Origin: Octopus sinensis
Lineage: Eukaryota
Direction of reading: 5' to 3'
Assembly (NCBI RefSeq): GCF_006345805.1
Contig: NC_043001.1
Location: 125,550,001 to 125,614,000, forward strand
DNA: 64,000 nucleotides
The notes beneath the pieces were generated by a model. It made no database searches. It was not told where the DNA came from and saw nothing but the letters and a program-made list of their open reading frames with translations. The position numbers were made by a program, and so were the translations under genes. Of the stretch, positions 1 to 11,819 are shown in pieces. Position 1 is the stretch's first letter. Every line of letters starts with the position of its first letter.

Positions 1-259
1 CTTTAACAGGGTACCATGTTCCATAGTCTGGTAGTCACTAAGAAATGGTTTGAGAACCATGCAATCTATGTACAGAGATGTCAGTAGTTAGCAATGTGTT
101 CAATGAAGAATTTAGCAGAGGCAGATGTCCGTTAAATCTCTTAGAATTGAGAGGAATTAAAGTTAACCAAGAAAAACAAATGGTTTGGTTAATAAGAAAG
201 ATATGACTCTACAGCCATTTGAAAAGTAGCCAATATGCAGAAAATAAGTAGGAATTCTA

Positions 260-1698
260 GTTTTGTACTTAATGCCTCTTTCATCTCTTTTATACTGCTC
301 TTGCAAAATGGCCTGAAATTGTGCGACTCTAGGCTGGCTCTTGCTTCTTGCATTGCTCCGACTATATCTGCGTGCCTTAGTTTTCCAATCACCATTTACT
401 GCCTCTTCTGCCTTCCATTTCCTCCCTGTTCATACCTTTGGAGGGTTTTCCTGAATGCTCTGATCTTTTGAATACCTTAGCATCATCACTGTCCTTGCCT
501 TTCCTGCCTTATATTCTTCGGCGATTGATGTTATTGGTAGTTGCAGCATGGGTTTTCCATATAATGCAGTTGTAGTCAGTGGTTTCGGCAGACCAAGCCA
601 TTTTCTGATAAACACACGGCATCTTTGTTCCATCCTTTCTACTCTACTCGAGGCTATTTCGTACATTTGCAATGGCCACATTATCCTTGAGTACAGCCCA
701 AATTGCAGTATCCAACATTTGAATTTTCCCGGCAGCGTTGTTCTGTCAATTGCCTTTAATCCTTGTTCTACTAACTCGTGTGTTTCTTCCCCTTGTTTCT
801 TATCATTTAATAAATCTCTATACCATCTGCCAAGACTCTTTACTAGTTGTTCTTTTACCGTTGGTATGTCTTCACCTCCTATCCTGAATTTCACTTCTTC
901 TTGCACTCCTTTCACGAAAGCCATGCTTCGAGATTTTTTGGCTTTGAATTTCATCCTTGCCCATCCTATCAGTTCATCCAACCGCTCTAACATTTCCTCT
1001 GCTGCTTCTCTACTTTCTGATAATACAGTAACGTCATCCATAAAAGCCCTTAATGGTGTCTTTGTAACAGCTTTCTCACAGTTTGTAGATCTAAGTAACA
1101 TTTCCATGACTAGCACAAATAAGATGACTGATATCGTGCATCTGGCTGCAATACCTATTTCAAGCCATTGCCACTCCGTTGTGAACTTTCCTGCTGCAAA
1201 TCTCATCCTCAGGTTGTCGTAGTAGAACATGAACATTCGTTGAACATCTTTTGGAATCCAAAAGAAGTCCATTGCTGTTTTTATTAGTGTGTGCAGAACA
1301 GATCCATAAGCATTGGCAAGACCTAACCAAACAATATACAGGTTTTTCTTCAGTTGTTTTGCACAGGTGATGGCTTCCCAGATGGCAAATGCATGTTCTA
1401 TGCACCCAGGGATTCTGGGGATTCCTGCTTTTTGAATCACTTCATTAATGTACCCGTTATGCTGTGCAAATCTTATGATTCGTCTGGCAATAATTACAAA
1501 CATGATTTTCCTGTCAGTATTTAATAATGAAATCGGTCTAAATTGTCCTAGTGTTTTTGGATCTTTCTCTTTAGATAGATAGATACCTTCAGTTATACAC
1601 CATCGCTCCACTACATCTTTCTTCTTCCACATTTCTCTTATCAGTGCAAACAGCTGCAAACGTAATTTCAGGCAATATTTAAACACCTTGTAGCTCAC
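260..1698 (-). mobile_element. 5'-truncated non-LTR retrotransposon RT fragment, RLE type (HERO/R2/NeSL group)
   Basis: The 422-aa ORF has RT motifs FRPISLLN, GIPRIPGCIEH, WLGLANAYGSV, RCTISVILF and RAFMDD. After a stop/frameshift it continues as KLRHADIVGAMQEARASL. The motif-A Asp is replaced by Gly. The HERO assignment is from memory of motif style. Confidence 0.85.
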
Positions 1699-1835
1699 TC
1701 CATCGTTCCCAGGTGAATCAAACCAATACTTTTTTTTAAAGCCTGGTACTTATTCTACTGATCTCTTTTGCTTAGCTGCTAAAGGGATGCAAACACACCA
1801 ACATCAGTTGTCAAGCAGTGTTGGGGGACAAATAC

Positions 1836-2068
1836 TTATTTCATTACTACCCACAAGGGGCTAAACACAGAGAGGACAAACAAGGACAGGCAAACAGATT
1901 AAGTCGATTATATCGATCCCAGTGCGTATCTGGTACTTATTTAATCGACCCCGAAAGGATGAAAGGCAAATTCGACCTTGGCGGAATTTGAACTCAGAAC
2001 GTAGCGGCAGATGAAATACCGCAAAGCATTTCGCCCGGCGTGCTAACGATTCTGCCAGCTCGCCGCCT
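1836..2068 (-). mobile_element. SINE family B (Pol III box-like head, central GCCTTTCATCCTTTCGGGGTCGATAAA domain)
   Basis: About 230 bp, near-identical to copies at 7070-7297, 8401-8632, 25252-25484, 48135-48362 and 60998-61228. Inserted inside a family A SINE remnant (about 1700-2240). Confidence 0.85.
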
Positions 2069-2839
2069 GACACAAAGATACACATACAATGGGCTTCTTT
2101 CAGTTCCATCTACCAAATCCACTCACAAGGCTTTGGTTAGCTCGAGGCTATAGTAGAAGACACTCGCTCAAGTTGCCACACAGTGGGACCGAACCTGGAA
2201 CCAGGTTGTTGGGAAGCAAGCTTTTTACCACACAGCCATACCTAATTATAAAATCTTTTTTTACTACAGGCAAAAGGCCTAAAACTTTGGGGAAAGGGGC
2301 TAGTTGACTACACCAGCCCCAGTGTTTGACTGGTACTTATTTCATTGATCCCAAAAGGAAAAAAATACACAGTTAACCTTGGTGGATTTTGAACTCTAAT
2401 GCTGTTAAACACTGACTTTAAATAGATATCGATAGGTATACAAGGTGAGATGACAGAAGATGAGTATTTGGATGAAATATATGAACAAAATGTGATCAGC
2501 TCTGGGAAAGACTGGAATAAGAACAGAATGAGCAAAAAAAAAGAAACTGAACAAATTAAATGAAATTTATGAAATCTATAGAAAATGCTGAAGATAAAGA
2601 TTTAGAAGCTCAATAAAAATGTATACATTGATTAATACTGAGAGAAGAAAGAACAGATTAGAATAATTAATTATACTAGAAGAGTTGGATAAGATAAATA
2701 TTTAATTAGTCTGATATAAATGGGTGATTTAACTAGGGTAACGGAATACACAGAACAACTGTGTGGTTTGAGTGAGATAGAAAATGCATTACTGGAAGAA
2801 TAGTAGTTTAAAAACTGTAATCATCTACATGCATACATC

Positions 2840-3710
2840 ATCATCATCATCATCATCATCATCAACATCATCAAAGTTTAACGTCTGTTTTCCATGCTGG
2901 CATGGGTTGGACGGTTTGACCGAGGTCTGGAGAGCCAGCAGCTGCACCAGGCTCCAATCTTGATCTGGTAGAGTTTCTACAGCTGGATTGCCCTTCCTAA
3001 TGCCAACCTGTCCAAGAGTGTAGTGGGCACTTTTTACGTCCCACCAGCACAAAAGCCAATTAGGGGGTACTGGCATCGGCCATGATCGGTTGGTGCTTTT
3101 TACATTCCACCGGCATGGAAGCAAGTCAGGCAGACCTGGCATCGACCACATTTGGATGGTGTTTTCTATGTGCCCCTCACTGGCTCCGGCATGGGAGCCA
3201 GTGAAATTGTAGATGTGGCCATTGCTGATGTCATGTAAATGGCACCCATGCCAGCGGCACATAAAAAGCATCCATTACACTCTCAGAGTGGTTGGCATTG
3301 GGAAGGGCATCCAGCCACAGAAACCATGCCAAATTAGACCGGTACCTGGTGCAGCCTTTCAGCATACCAGTCCAATCAAACCATCTAAATGATGGTGTGT
3401 ACATACATCCATAATACATACATATATATATATATATATCGTGGCTTCCATGCCGGTGGCACATTAAAAGCACCAACCGATCGTGGCCGATGCCCGACTC
3501 CCCTGGCACCTGTGCTGGTGGCACGTAAAAAGCACCCACTACACTCACAGAGTGGTTGGCATTAGGAAGGGCATCCAGCTGTAGAAACACTGCCAGATCA
3601 GACTGGAGCCTGGTGCAGCCCCTGGCTTTCCAGACCCCGGTCGAACCGTCCAACCCGTGCTAGCGTGGAAAACGGACGTTAAACGATGATGATGATGATG
3701 ATGATGATGA
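2840..3710. mobile_element. Cluster of family C (RTE 3'UTR-derived) repeats in opposite orientations
   Basis: Motif GTGGTTGGC(A/G)TTAGGAAGGGCATCCAGC and (GAT)n tails. Minus copy at about 2840-3230; plus copies at about 3240-3400 and 3440-3710. Confidence 0.8.
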
Positions 3711-3907
3711 TATATACATATACATACATACATATATTATCGACCACACATACTCAATGTATGTGTTTTGCTTGTTTGCTTTAGGCCAACCAAAACCTTG
3801 TAAGTGGATTTGGTAGATGAAAAGATGCCAGGTCAAAAGAAAGGACACCATACTTCTATGATGGATAAACTCTGGGAAATGGTCCAGCTACCAAACTAGT
3901 CATTTCA

Positions 3908-4650
3908 GTGCCTGACCTTGTCGACAGCGATTTGCGTTGGACAAAACACATCGCTAAAATTGCCAAGAAGGCTGAGGGTGTCTTGGCATCACTCACCAAG
4001 TCCTTTGTAAGCCGCTCTCCGGCTATCTATCTGCAGCTTTATATAGCTATGGTAGGACCTCACCTGGAATTTGCATCACCGGTCTGGAACCCCTATCTTG
4101 CCCAGGATATTTATCGTCTGGAAGCCGTTCAGCGACGTGCAACCAAGAGAATACCCTCCATCAGGCATTTGCCATATTCTGAACGTCTTACTTCCCTGGG
4201 CATGGACACATTGAAACTCCAACGTCTGGCAGCTGACTTGGCAGACACCCATAAAATTATCAACCATCTTACTAACAATAACTCTGAGCACCTTTTCAAA
4301 CTCCACCTGTCTAACACCTGTGGACAAGTTTACAAAGTCAGAAAACAGCACAGCTCCCATGACTTTTGGAAACATTTTTTCATGCTAAGAGTTACTGAAG
4401 CATGGAATAAACTGCCAGCATCAATTGTTAGTTGTTGGAGCACTGCACCCTTCAAAACTTCCATGCTTCCTGAGATTCGCCAACACTACACCTGATTTTC
4501 TCCCCTCCATACACACGCAAGCATGTATCTGACTCATACACTGTTCACTTCCCAGACATTTGTACATTATTGCATATGCTTTATATGTACTTTCGACAAG
4601 TTGTGGTGCACCTGAGCACTGTATACAATAATTTCATTATTATTATTATT
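3908..4650 (+). mobile_element. CR1-clade LINE 3' fragment
   Basis: The 195-aa ORF has LYIAMVGPHLEFASPVWNP, LEAVQRRATK and FFMLRVTEAWNKLP, the C-terminal ORF2 pattern of CR1-like LINEs. It is followed by a 3'UTR and an (ATT)n tail. Confidence 0.88.
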
Positions 4651-5149
4651 ATAAAACTGAAAGAAGCTTGTTGTATACACATATATACACACACGCACAC
4701 ATATATACTCTTTTACTCTTTTACTTGTTTCAGTCATTTGACTGCGGCCATGCTGGAGCACCACCTTTAGTCGAGCAAATCGACCCCAGGACTTATTCTC
4801 TGTAAGCCTAGTACTTGTTCTATCGGTCTCTTTTGCCGAACCGCTAAGTTACGGGGATGTATATGTATATATCTATGTGTACGGTTATCTTTGTGTCTGT
4901 GTTTGTCCTTCACCATCACTTGACAACCATTGTTGGTGTGTTTACGCACCCCTAACTTAGCAGTTTGGTAATAAGAGACCAATAGAATAAGTACCTAGAA
5001 TAAGCTTAAAATAAGATAATGATCGCGAGTGGGGCGGGTTGTTCAACTAAAGTTCTTCGAGGTGGTGGCCCAATCTGGACATAATCTGATGGTTGAAACT
5101 AGTAAAAGATAAAAGATATATATATGTGTGTGTATGTGTGTGTATAAAG

Positions 5150-5490
5150 GGGGGTAAAGACCCCCTTCGGTCATGAATGACCATGGGATTGCACCTAGAA
5201 AGTTACCCTCCTAGACACAAGTCCGGGCAAGGTTGTTTATGGAAGACCAGCAGTCGCCCATGTATACCAGCCTCCCCTCTCCACGCCACCAGTGTTATCC
5301 AAGGGAAAGACAAAGGTCGATACAGCTTGGCACCAGTGACGTCGCAACTCATTTCTACAGCTGAGTGAACTGGAGCAACGTGAAATAAAGTGCCTTGCTC
5401 AAGAACACAACACGCAGCCCGGTCCGGGATTCGAGCTCACAACCTCACGATCGTAAGCTCGATGCTCTAACCACTGAGCCATGCGCCTTC
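5150..5490 (-). mobile_element. tRNA-derived SINE family E
   Basis: Head has A box TGGCTCAGTGG and B box-like GCTCGAATCCC. Near-identical to 14700-15047 and 46395-46735; all three give the same spurious 63-aa ORF. Confidence 0.88.
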
Positions 5491-5493
5491 ACA

Positions 5494-5494
<1 letters not shown>

Positions 5495-5567
<73 letters not shown>

Positions 5568-5605
5568 CATATTTATATATATATAATGTATACTATATAT
5601 ATATG

Positions 5606-5655
<50 letters not shown>
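5495..5655. repeat. (TA)n/(GA)n microsatellite
   Basis: Direct reading of the sequence. Confidence 0.95.
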
Positions 5656-5660
<5 letters not shown>

Positions 5661-6313
5661 TGTATACTACATATATAGGCGCAAGAATAGCTGTGTGGTA
5701 AGTAGCTTGCTTACCCACCACATGGGTCCAGATATATATATATGCTTGGCTCATATTATAAGACATTTGCGTAAGGTGTGTTGCAGTAGGCCTGGAATTG
5801 AAACCATATTGTTGGAAAATGAACATCTTAATCACGCAGCTATACCTGTTGCCTGCAATATGTATAAAAGATATATGCATATATGCAAAAACATACACTT
5901 ACACACACATGGAAAGAGAGAGAGAGAGAGAGACTGAAAGAGATTAGGCCCTATCAGATATTTAGGTAACAGATGAAGATGGTTGAATAAGTAAGGTTAG
6001 ATTATTGGATTCAGTGGAAATGGATTTATTTGAGATCTAAAAGCTGGAAAAAAGATGCCAAGTTCGGTAGGCAAAAGTGTTGGATTTGCTTCATCTTAGC
6101 ATGCTCTCTATTGATCCTGTGTATGCTTTGTTCAAAAAGAAAGATTAATTTTAGCTTAGACATCCAATAATCCAGGCTGCAGGATTAATGTTGAGAAGAA
6201 AGAAAAGTCCGTTAGCTGTATGTTGGACATAAGTTCTTCTAATCAATACTCATCATTAATATCATTACTATTATCATTACTCCCCCTCATCTTGTTGTTG
6301 TTGCTTATTATTA

Positions 6314-6374
<61 letters not shown>

Positions 6375-7069
6375 GGCAGTAAGCTGGCAGAATTGTTATA
6401 GCATTGGAGAAAATGTCTTGCAATAAATATTCTCAGACTTTACGTTCTGAAACAAAATCTTTGAGTGTAGACAGGTACCAGATGAGCATAAGGCTTGATT
6501 TAATTAACTTTTCTGCTCCAAAATTGCTGGCACTGTACCTAATTCTGAAACAATTAAAGGTAGCAAGTTGGCGAAATTGTAAAGGCATCAGGGAAAAATT
6601 GCTTTGTAGTATTTGTTCTAGCATTTGATACTCTGAATTCACAACTTACTGAGGTCGACTTTGCCTCTCGTTCTTGTGGGATCAATGAAATAATACTCAA
6701 GTTTTGGGGTTGATTCAAGATAACTAAACTTCTCACTCCAGAATTTCTGCCTTTTTCTAAATCAAAGATCATTATTATTATTATTGCCATTTATTAATAA
6801 TATTCTTTTTTCTGCTCTCGGCACAAGGCCTGAAATTTTGGCGGAGGGGGCCAGTCGATTAGATCGGTTCCAGTACACAACTGGTACTTAATTTATCGAC
6901 CCTGAAAGGATGAAAGGCAAAGTCACCTCGGAAGAATTTGAACTCAGAACGTAAAGACAGACGAAATACTGCTAAGCATTTCGCCCAGCATGCTAGTGCT
7001 TCTGCCAGCTCACTACCTTAATTTATTAATAATATTGTGAGGCATAGGCATGGCGGTGTGGTAAGAAGG

Positions 7070-7297
7070 TGGCGGGCTAGCAGAATTATTAGCACGCCAG
7101 GCGAAATGCATAGTGATATTTCGTCTGCCATTACATTCTGAGTTCAAATTCCGCCAAGGTCGATTTTGCCTTTCATCCTTTCGGGGTCGATAAATTAAGT
7201 GCCAGTTACACACTGGGGTTGATGTAATCGACTTAATCCCTTTGTCTGTCCTTGTTTGTCCCTTCTGTGTGTAGCCCCTTGTGGGCAGTAAAGAAAT
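7070..7297 (+). mobile_element. SINE family B
   Basis: Same sequence as other family B copies, ending CCCCTTGTGGGCAGTAAAGAAATA. Confidence 0.85.
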
Positions 7298-7500
7298 AAG
7301 AAGGCTGCATCCCAACCATATGGATAAAGTTCAGTCTCACTACAGAGCACCTTGGGCAAGTCTCTTCTACTACAGCCCAGAGCCTATGTGGTCTTGTGTT
7401 CAGCCTTACTGCATGGTACATGGAGCAAGTCTTTAACTGTCACTCCAGGTTGGCCAAAAACCCTGTGAATGGATTTGGTACAGGGAAAGTGAAAGAGCTC

Positions 7501-7535
<35 letters not shown>

Positions 7536-7553
7536 ATGTTTTAGTGGTTAGGG

Positions 7554-7754
7554 CAGTGGTTTTCAACCAGGGTTCCGCCAGTACAATCCAGGGGTTCCGC
7601 AAGAAGTTACAAAACTGCTAAAATTGGCAGTAATTTTTAATTCTCCTGTGCAGATATGTGTGCATAAAACTATTAAATTATTGCACGGGGGTTCCTCGAG
7701 CCAGTGGAATGTTTCCTTGGGGTTCCGCTCCAGCAAAAAGGTTGAAAAGCACTG
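7554..7754 (+). mobile_element. hAT-type MITE
   Basis: TIRs CAGTGGTTTTCAACC / GGTTGAAAAGCACTG and an exact 8-bp TSD GGTTAGGG (7546-7553, 7755-7762). It splits the head of an older SINE. Second copy at 28848-29067. Confidence 0.9.
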
Positions 7755-8400
7755 GGTTAGGGTGTTGCACTCACGATCAAGTGATCATGATTTCAATTCC
7801 TATACTGAGTGGTGTGTTGTGTTCTTGTGCAAAACACTTTATCTCATGTTGCCCTGTGATCACTTCGACACCTGACATGTGGTACGCAGTGCACTTGTAC
7901 AGACTACGTTGATTTGATGGAGGGAGTGAGCTGTGTGGCACAAACATTTCATCACTGTAAACAAATAATTTCTGCAAGTCGTTTGACAAGCAAGCTGGCA
8001 GAATCGTTAGCGTGCCAGGTGAAATGCTTAGCAGTATTTCATCTGCCGTTATGTTCTGAGTTCAAATTCCACCGAGGTCGACTTGACCAGACTACAAGAT
8101 GTTTTTATATGCTAGTGGTCACAATGGGCTTCCTTACATTGTTATAGCTTTTGAATGATGTCCTCACCCTGCCATCTTCCCTGCTGCAGGCTAGGCAAGC
8201 AGGCTAACATCCCTGTAACTTAGCAGGTCAGCAAAAGAGACCGATAGAATGGGTATCAGGCTTGACAGAAAAATAAGCACTGGAGTTGATTCGTTCGACT
8301 AAAAGGTGGTGCCCCAGCATGGTCACAGTCTAATGCCTGAAACAAGCGAAAGAAAAAGATGTGTATGTGTGTGTGCATGTGTATGTATGTATCTGTTTTT

Positions 8401-8632
8401 GGGTGGCGAGTTGGCAGAATCGTTAGCACGTCAGGCGAAATGCTTAGCGGTATTTCGGCTGCCGTTACGTTCTGAGTTCAAATTCCGCCGAGGTCGACTT
8501 TGCCTTTCATCCTTTCGGGGTCAATAAATTAAGTACCAGTTACGCACTGGGGTCAATATAATCGACTTAATCCGTTTGTCTGTCCTTGTTTGTCCCCTCT
8601 GTGTTTAGCCCCTTGTGGGTAGTAAAGAAATA
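8401..8632 (+). mobile_element. SINE family B
   Basis: Full-length family B copy. Confidence 0.85.
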
Positions 8633-8852
8633 TATATATATATTTGCCTCTAAGCATTTCTTTGCTTTTCTACAGAAGGGTAGATAATCTCAGGAATTTA
8701 AGAATTTATTTTATATAGTATTTGATATACCTTTATTTGTCTCTATTCTCCATGTCCATGCCACTGGCCACTCAATTATTTCTCTCAACTCATTTTTATT
8801 TTATAAATGTGTGTGTGTTTGTGTGTGTTCATACACAATATATATATTCTGT

Positions 8853-9254
8853 TATTCTTTTACTTGTTTCAATCATTTGACTGTGGCCATGCTGGAGCAC
8901 CACCTTCAGTTGAACAAATCGACCCCAGGACTTATTCTTTGTAAGCCCAGTACATATTCTGTCAGTCTGTTTTGCCAAACCACTAAGTTACGGGGGCGTG
9001 AACACACTAACATCAGTTGTCAAGCAATGGAGCGGGGACAAACACAGACACACATACAAATATATACATATATATATGTGTGTGTGTGTGTGTGACGGGC
9101 TTCTTTCAGTTTCCATCTACCAAATCCACTCACAAGGCTTTGGCTAACCCAAGGCTATAGCAGAAGACACTTGCCAAAGGTGCCACACAGTGGGACTGAA
9201 CCCAGAACCATGTGGTTGGGAAGCAAGCTTCTTACCACACAGCTACTCCTGCAC

Positions 9255-9255
<1 letters not shown>
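8853..9255 (-). mobile_element. SINE family A (about 400 bp, internal TA/TG microsatellite, (GTAAAAGA)n tail)
   Basis: Matches more than 12 other copies in the window. Head AGGAGTGGCTGTGTGGTAAG...GGTTCAGTCCC. Confidence 0.85.
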
Positions 9256-9290
<35 letters not shown>

Positions 9291-9599
9291 GCACATATAT
9301 AGAGAGAGATAAAAATATACACACACACATGCACACATATATAATGCATCATTTTTGTCTGTTTCTTTGTCACAATATTTTATTGATATTTTCTCATAAA
9401 GGACTTCTACAGCAGTGCCACATCTGAACTTGACCTTAGAAGTGGTGCCAAAAAAGAGAAAGTCTTTCAAGCAATTATTTTATGGAAGCAGGAACTTGAA
9501 ATAATGGTTTCTTTTGACACCACACAAAGGCCGTGTATCACATTATAGATAGAAGGAAATTAGACCTGAGCAATCTAACAATGGAGATTCTATGGAGTC

Positions 9600-9830
9600 A
9601 CTCATCCATTTAGATAGCTATAGCAACCAAATCTTTCTTTCATTATGGTCTGCTACCTTAAAAAATGAGGACAAATAGCATAATGTAGTTCTAGGTATAC
9701 TAAGCGTGAGAAAATAAAAAGACAAGTTCAGCACAACTTCAATACTTCTTTTTCTTTTCATCACAGATCTACTTAATTAGAGCTGATATAGGATGAAACA
9801 ACAGATGGAAACTGTAAGAAATATCACACA
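9600..9830 (+). repeat. Diverged interspersed repeat family G ((CAA)n-type tail)
   Basis: Similar diverged segments ending ...GCTAAACAACAAC at about 21225-21400, 31240-31410 and 32590-32770, and inverted at about 30430-30560 and 62750-63310. Confidence 0.5.
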
Positions 9831-10544
9831 TCCCTCAGGAGGTCCATAGCTGAACAGTTAAGATGTAGGGTACAACCACTTTGGGAAAGTTAAGGACCAG
9901 AATGTCAAGGGTTAGAGCCCAGCTACCGCCTTCAAGTAACACCAGCAAAAGAGAGCTTAGAAGTGTTAACCTGGATTATGACTTAGAAATTATTATATTA
10001 GCTTTCAGATGTTACCTAGGTCCTATCTGAATATCAGAAGGCTAAGGGCTCATGCACTTGATTGACAGTGGTGTTTTGTTCTACTCTCCACTTCTCTCTT
10101 TCTCAAGACAGTTTCTTACCTTTCTTTTTGGGATATGAAATAAGCTAATTTACAGTAGTATTCATGCTTTTCTCAGTTATGTTCTTCTCAGAGCGGTTAT
10201 AGGTAAACTGTGACCCACAGGACTTTCTGAATGGTACACCAATTTTTTTTTATAGTTCAATTCACCTGATGATGGGCCTGTCCCTTATGGCCTGTTGCTC
10301 AAGGAAGGTTGCCATACCTGCTCTTGAGCAATTGCTTCAAAACAGAAGTGAAGTTACTTCATCAAGGAATCAGAACTGGTTTGTGATTTCATTTCACCAA
10401 ACTCTTACCTCTTGTTCTATGGCACCTAATTTGAATAGTTGAACAAATAAATACATGTTATTTTATTCACTCTACTAACCAAAAATCTGGAATTTTCCCA
10501 TATATAGGATGAAAGTAAATGTACAGATAGAACACCTATAAAAA

Positions 10545-10685
10545 TCAGCATTGCTTGGAACTGCAAGAATTCTTTGTAGGGTTCTTGAAGCATGACCAGT
10601 AAACAAGTGTCACCTTAGTCTGCTGGCTGTGGACAGCTGACACTTTCCATCACACCCAACAAAATAAGCAGAGAGTTTTCAACAA
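10545..10685 (+). mobile_element. 3' end of R4/Dong-like element
   Basis: Same sequence as the 3' end of the element at 52433-53088 (ALLGTARIL.RVLEA* plus UTR). Runs into (AAT)n. Confidence 0.8.
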
Positions 10686-10861
10686 ATAATAATAATAATA
10701 ATAATAATAATGGCTTCAAATTTTTGCACTAGGCCAGCAATTTTGGGGAGAGGGTAAATCAGTTACATTGATCCCAGTGTTCGACTGGTACTTATTTTAT
10801 CAACTCTGAAAGGATGAAAAGCAAAGTCGACCTCAGTGGAATTTGAACTCAGCTCCCTGCC

Positions 10862-10894
<33 letters not shown>

Positions 10895-10895
<1 letters not shown>

Positions 10896-11240
10896 AGAAG
10901 TAGTGGGGGAGCATCATAGCCATGTGTTGAGAGGGATTCTTTGGGGTTTGAATAATTCACCTCTGGAAACATGGGTGTTTCGTTCAACATCCTTAAACAA
11001 CCCTTATTCAGGGACCTTTCGAGTGGGATGGGTTACTCGACCTGAAGAAAATTCTAACTGGGCCCCACCTGCAAGGTCATGTGCTGTTTATTTTGATATG
11101 AGATCACCATGTCGCGCACATATGGTTGTGATGCATGTGCCTAGTGTACCCTTATCAGATGGGTAGTCATGATGGGTATACTGGGCTTCGTATATTTTAC
11201 CCCAGTATCACTTTGATGGCATACACTGCTCTCTCACTCA
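10895..11240 (+). mobile_element. Family F retroposed repeat, 5'-truncated, embedded in (AAT)n
   Basis: Reverse complement of part of 37950-38424; (AAT)n on both sides. Confidence 0.8.
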
Positions 11241-11600
11241 ATAATAATAATAATAATAATAATGATAATAATAATGGTTTCAAATTTTGGCACAAGGCCA
11301 GCAATTGTTGGGGAGAGGGTAAATAATAATAACAGGATAGAAGAAATAAGCATAAAACCTAGTCTAATACAGCTCAAAAACCAGTGTCATTAGGGACAGC
11401 TAGGATGATTAGGAGGGTTCTTCGCATCTAAAGTTAATTGTTGTTGCCCTTTATTAGGAATTTTTTCCAACAGTCTAATCTGTTGCACGTTAATGAAATG
11501 ATGGTGGTGGTGGTGGAAGCGGTTACGGTGGTGGTGGTGGTGGTGGTGATGGTGATGATGATGATGATAGGAATTCTTTCTAATTTTGGCACAGTTTTAA

Positions 11601-11819
11601 CCCTTTAGTATTTAAACCGGCCATATCCGGCCAAAATATTTAATCTGTTTTATGTTCAAACTGACCAGATCCAGGCTCTCACACCTACCCTACAATGTTA
11701 TTCTACATTAAGTAATTACACCATCAAGATCTTGAAGATATGAGATAATGCATGATTAATTCGAATCAATGGAAATCAATAAGCATTATGTTTGATAGAA
11801 TAATCAAAACACTAAAGGG
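11601..11819 (+). mobile_element. piggyBac-type MITE family 1
   Basis: TTAA|CCCTTTAG ... CTAAAGGG|TTAA. Related inverted copies at about 44707-44915 and 50901-51119. Confidence 0.85.

Noticed and set aside
5177-5368. Identical 63-aa ORF (MTMGLHLESY...) found three times, suggesting a small gene family
   Set aside because: It is the antisense reading of SINE family E, and starts at the same SINE position in each copy.
10255-10440. Possible exon after ttttttatag with a 60-codon frame
   Set aside because: No similarity to FBXL16 or any protein I recognise, and no convincing donor site.
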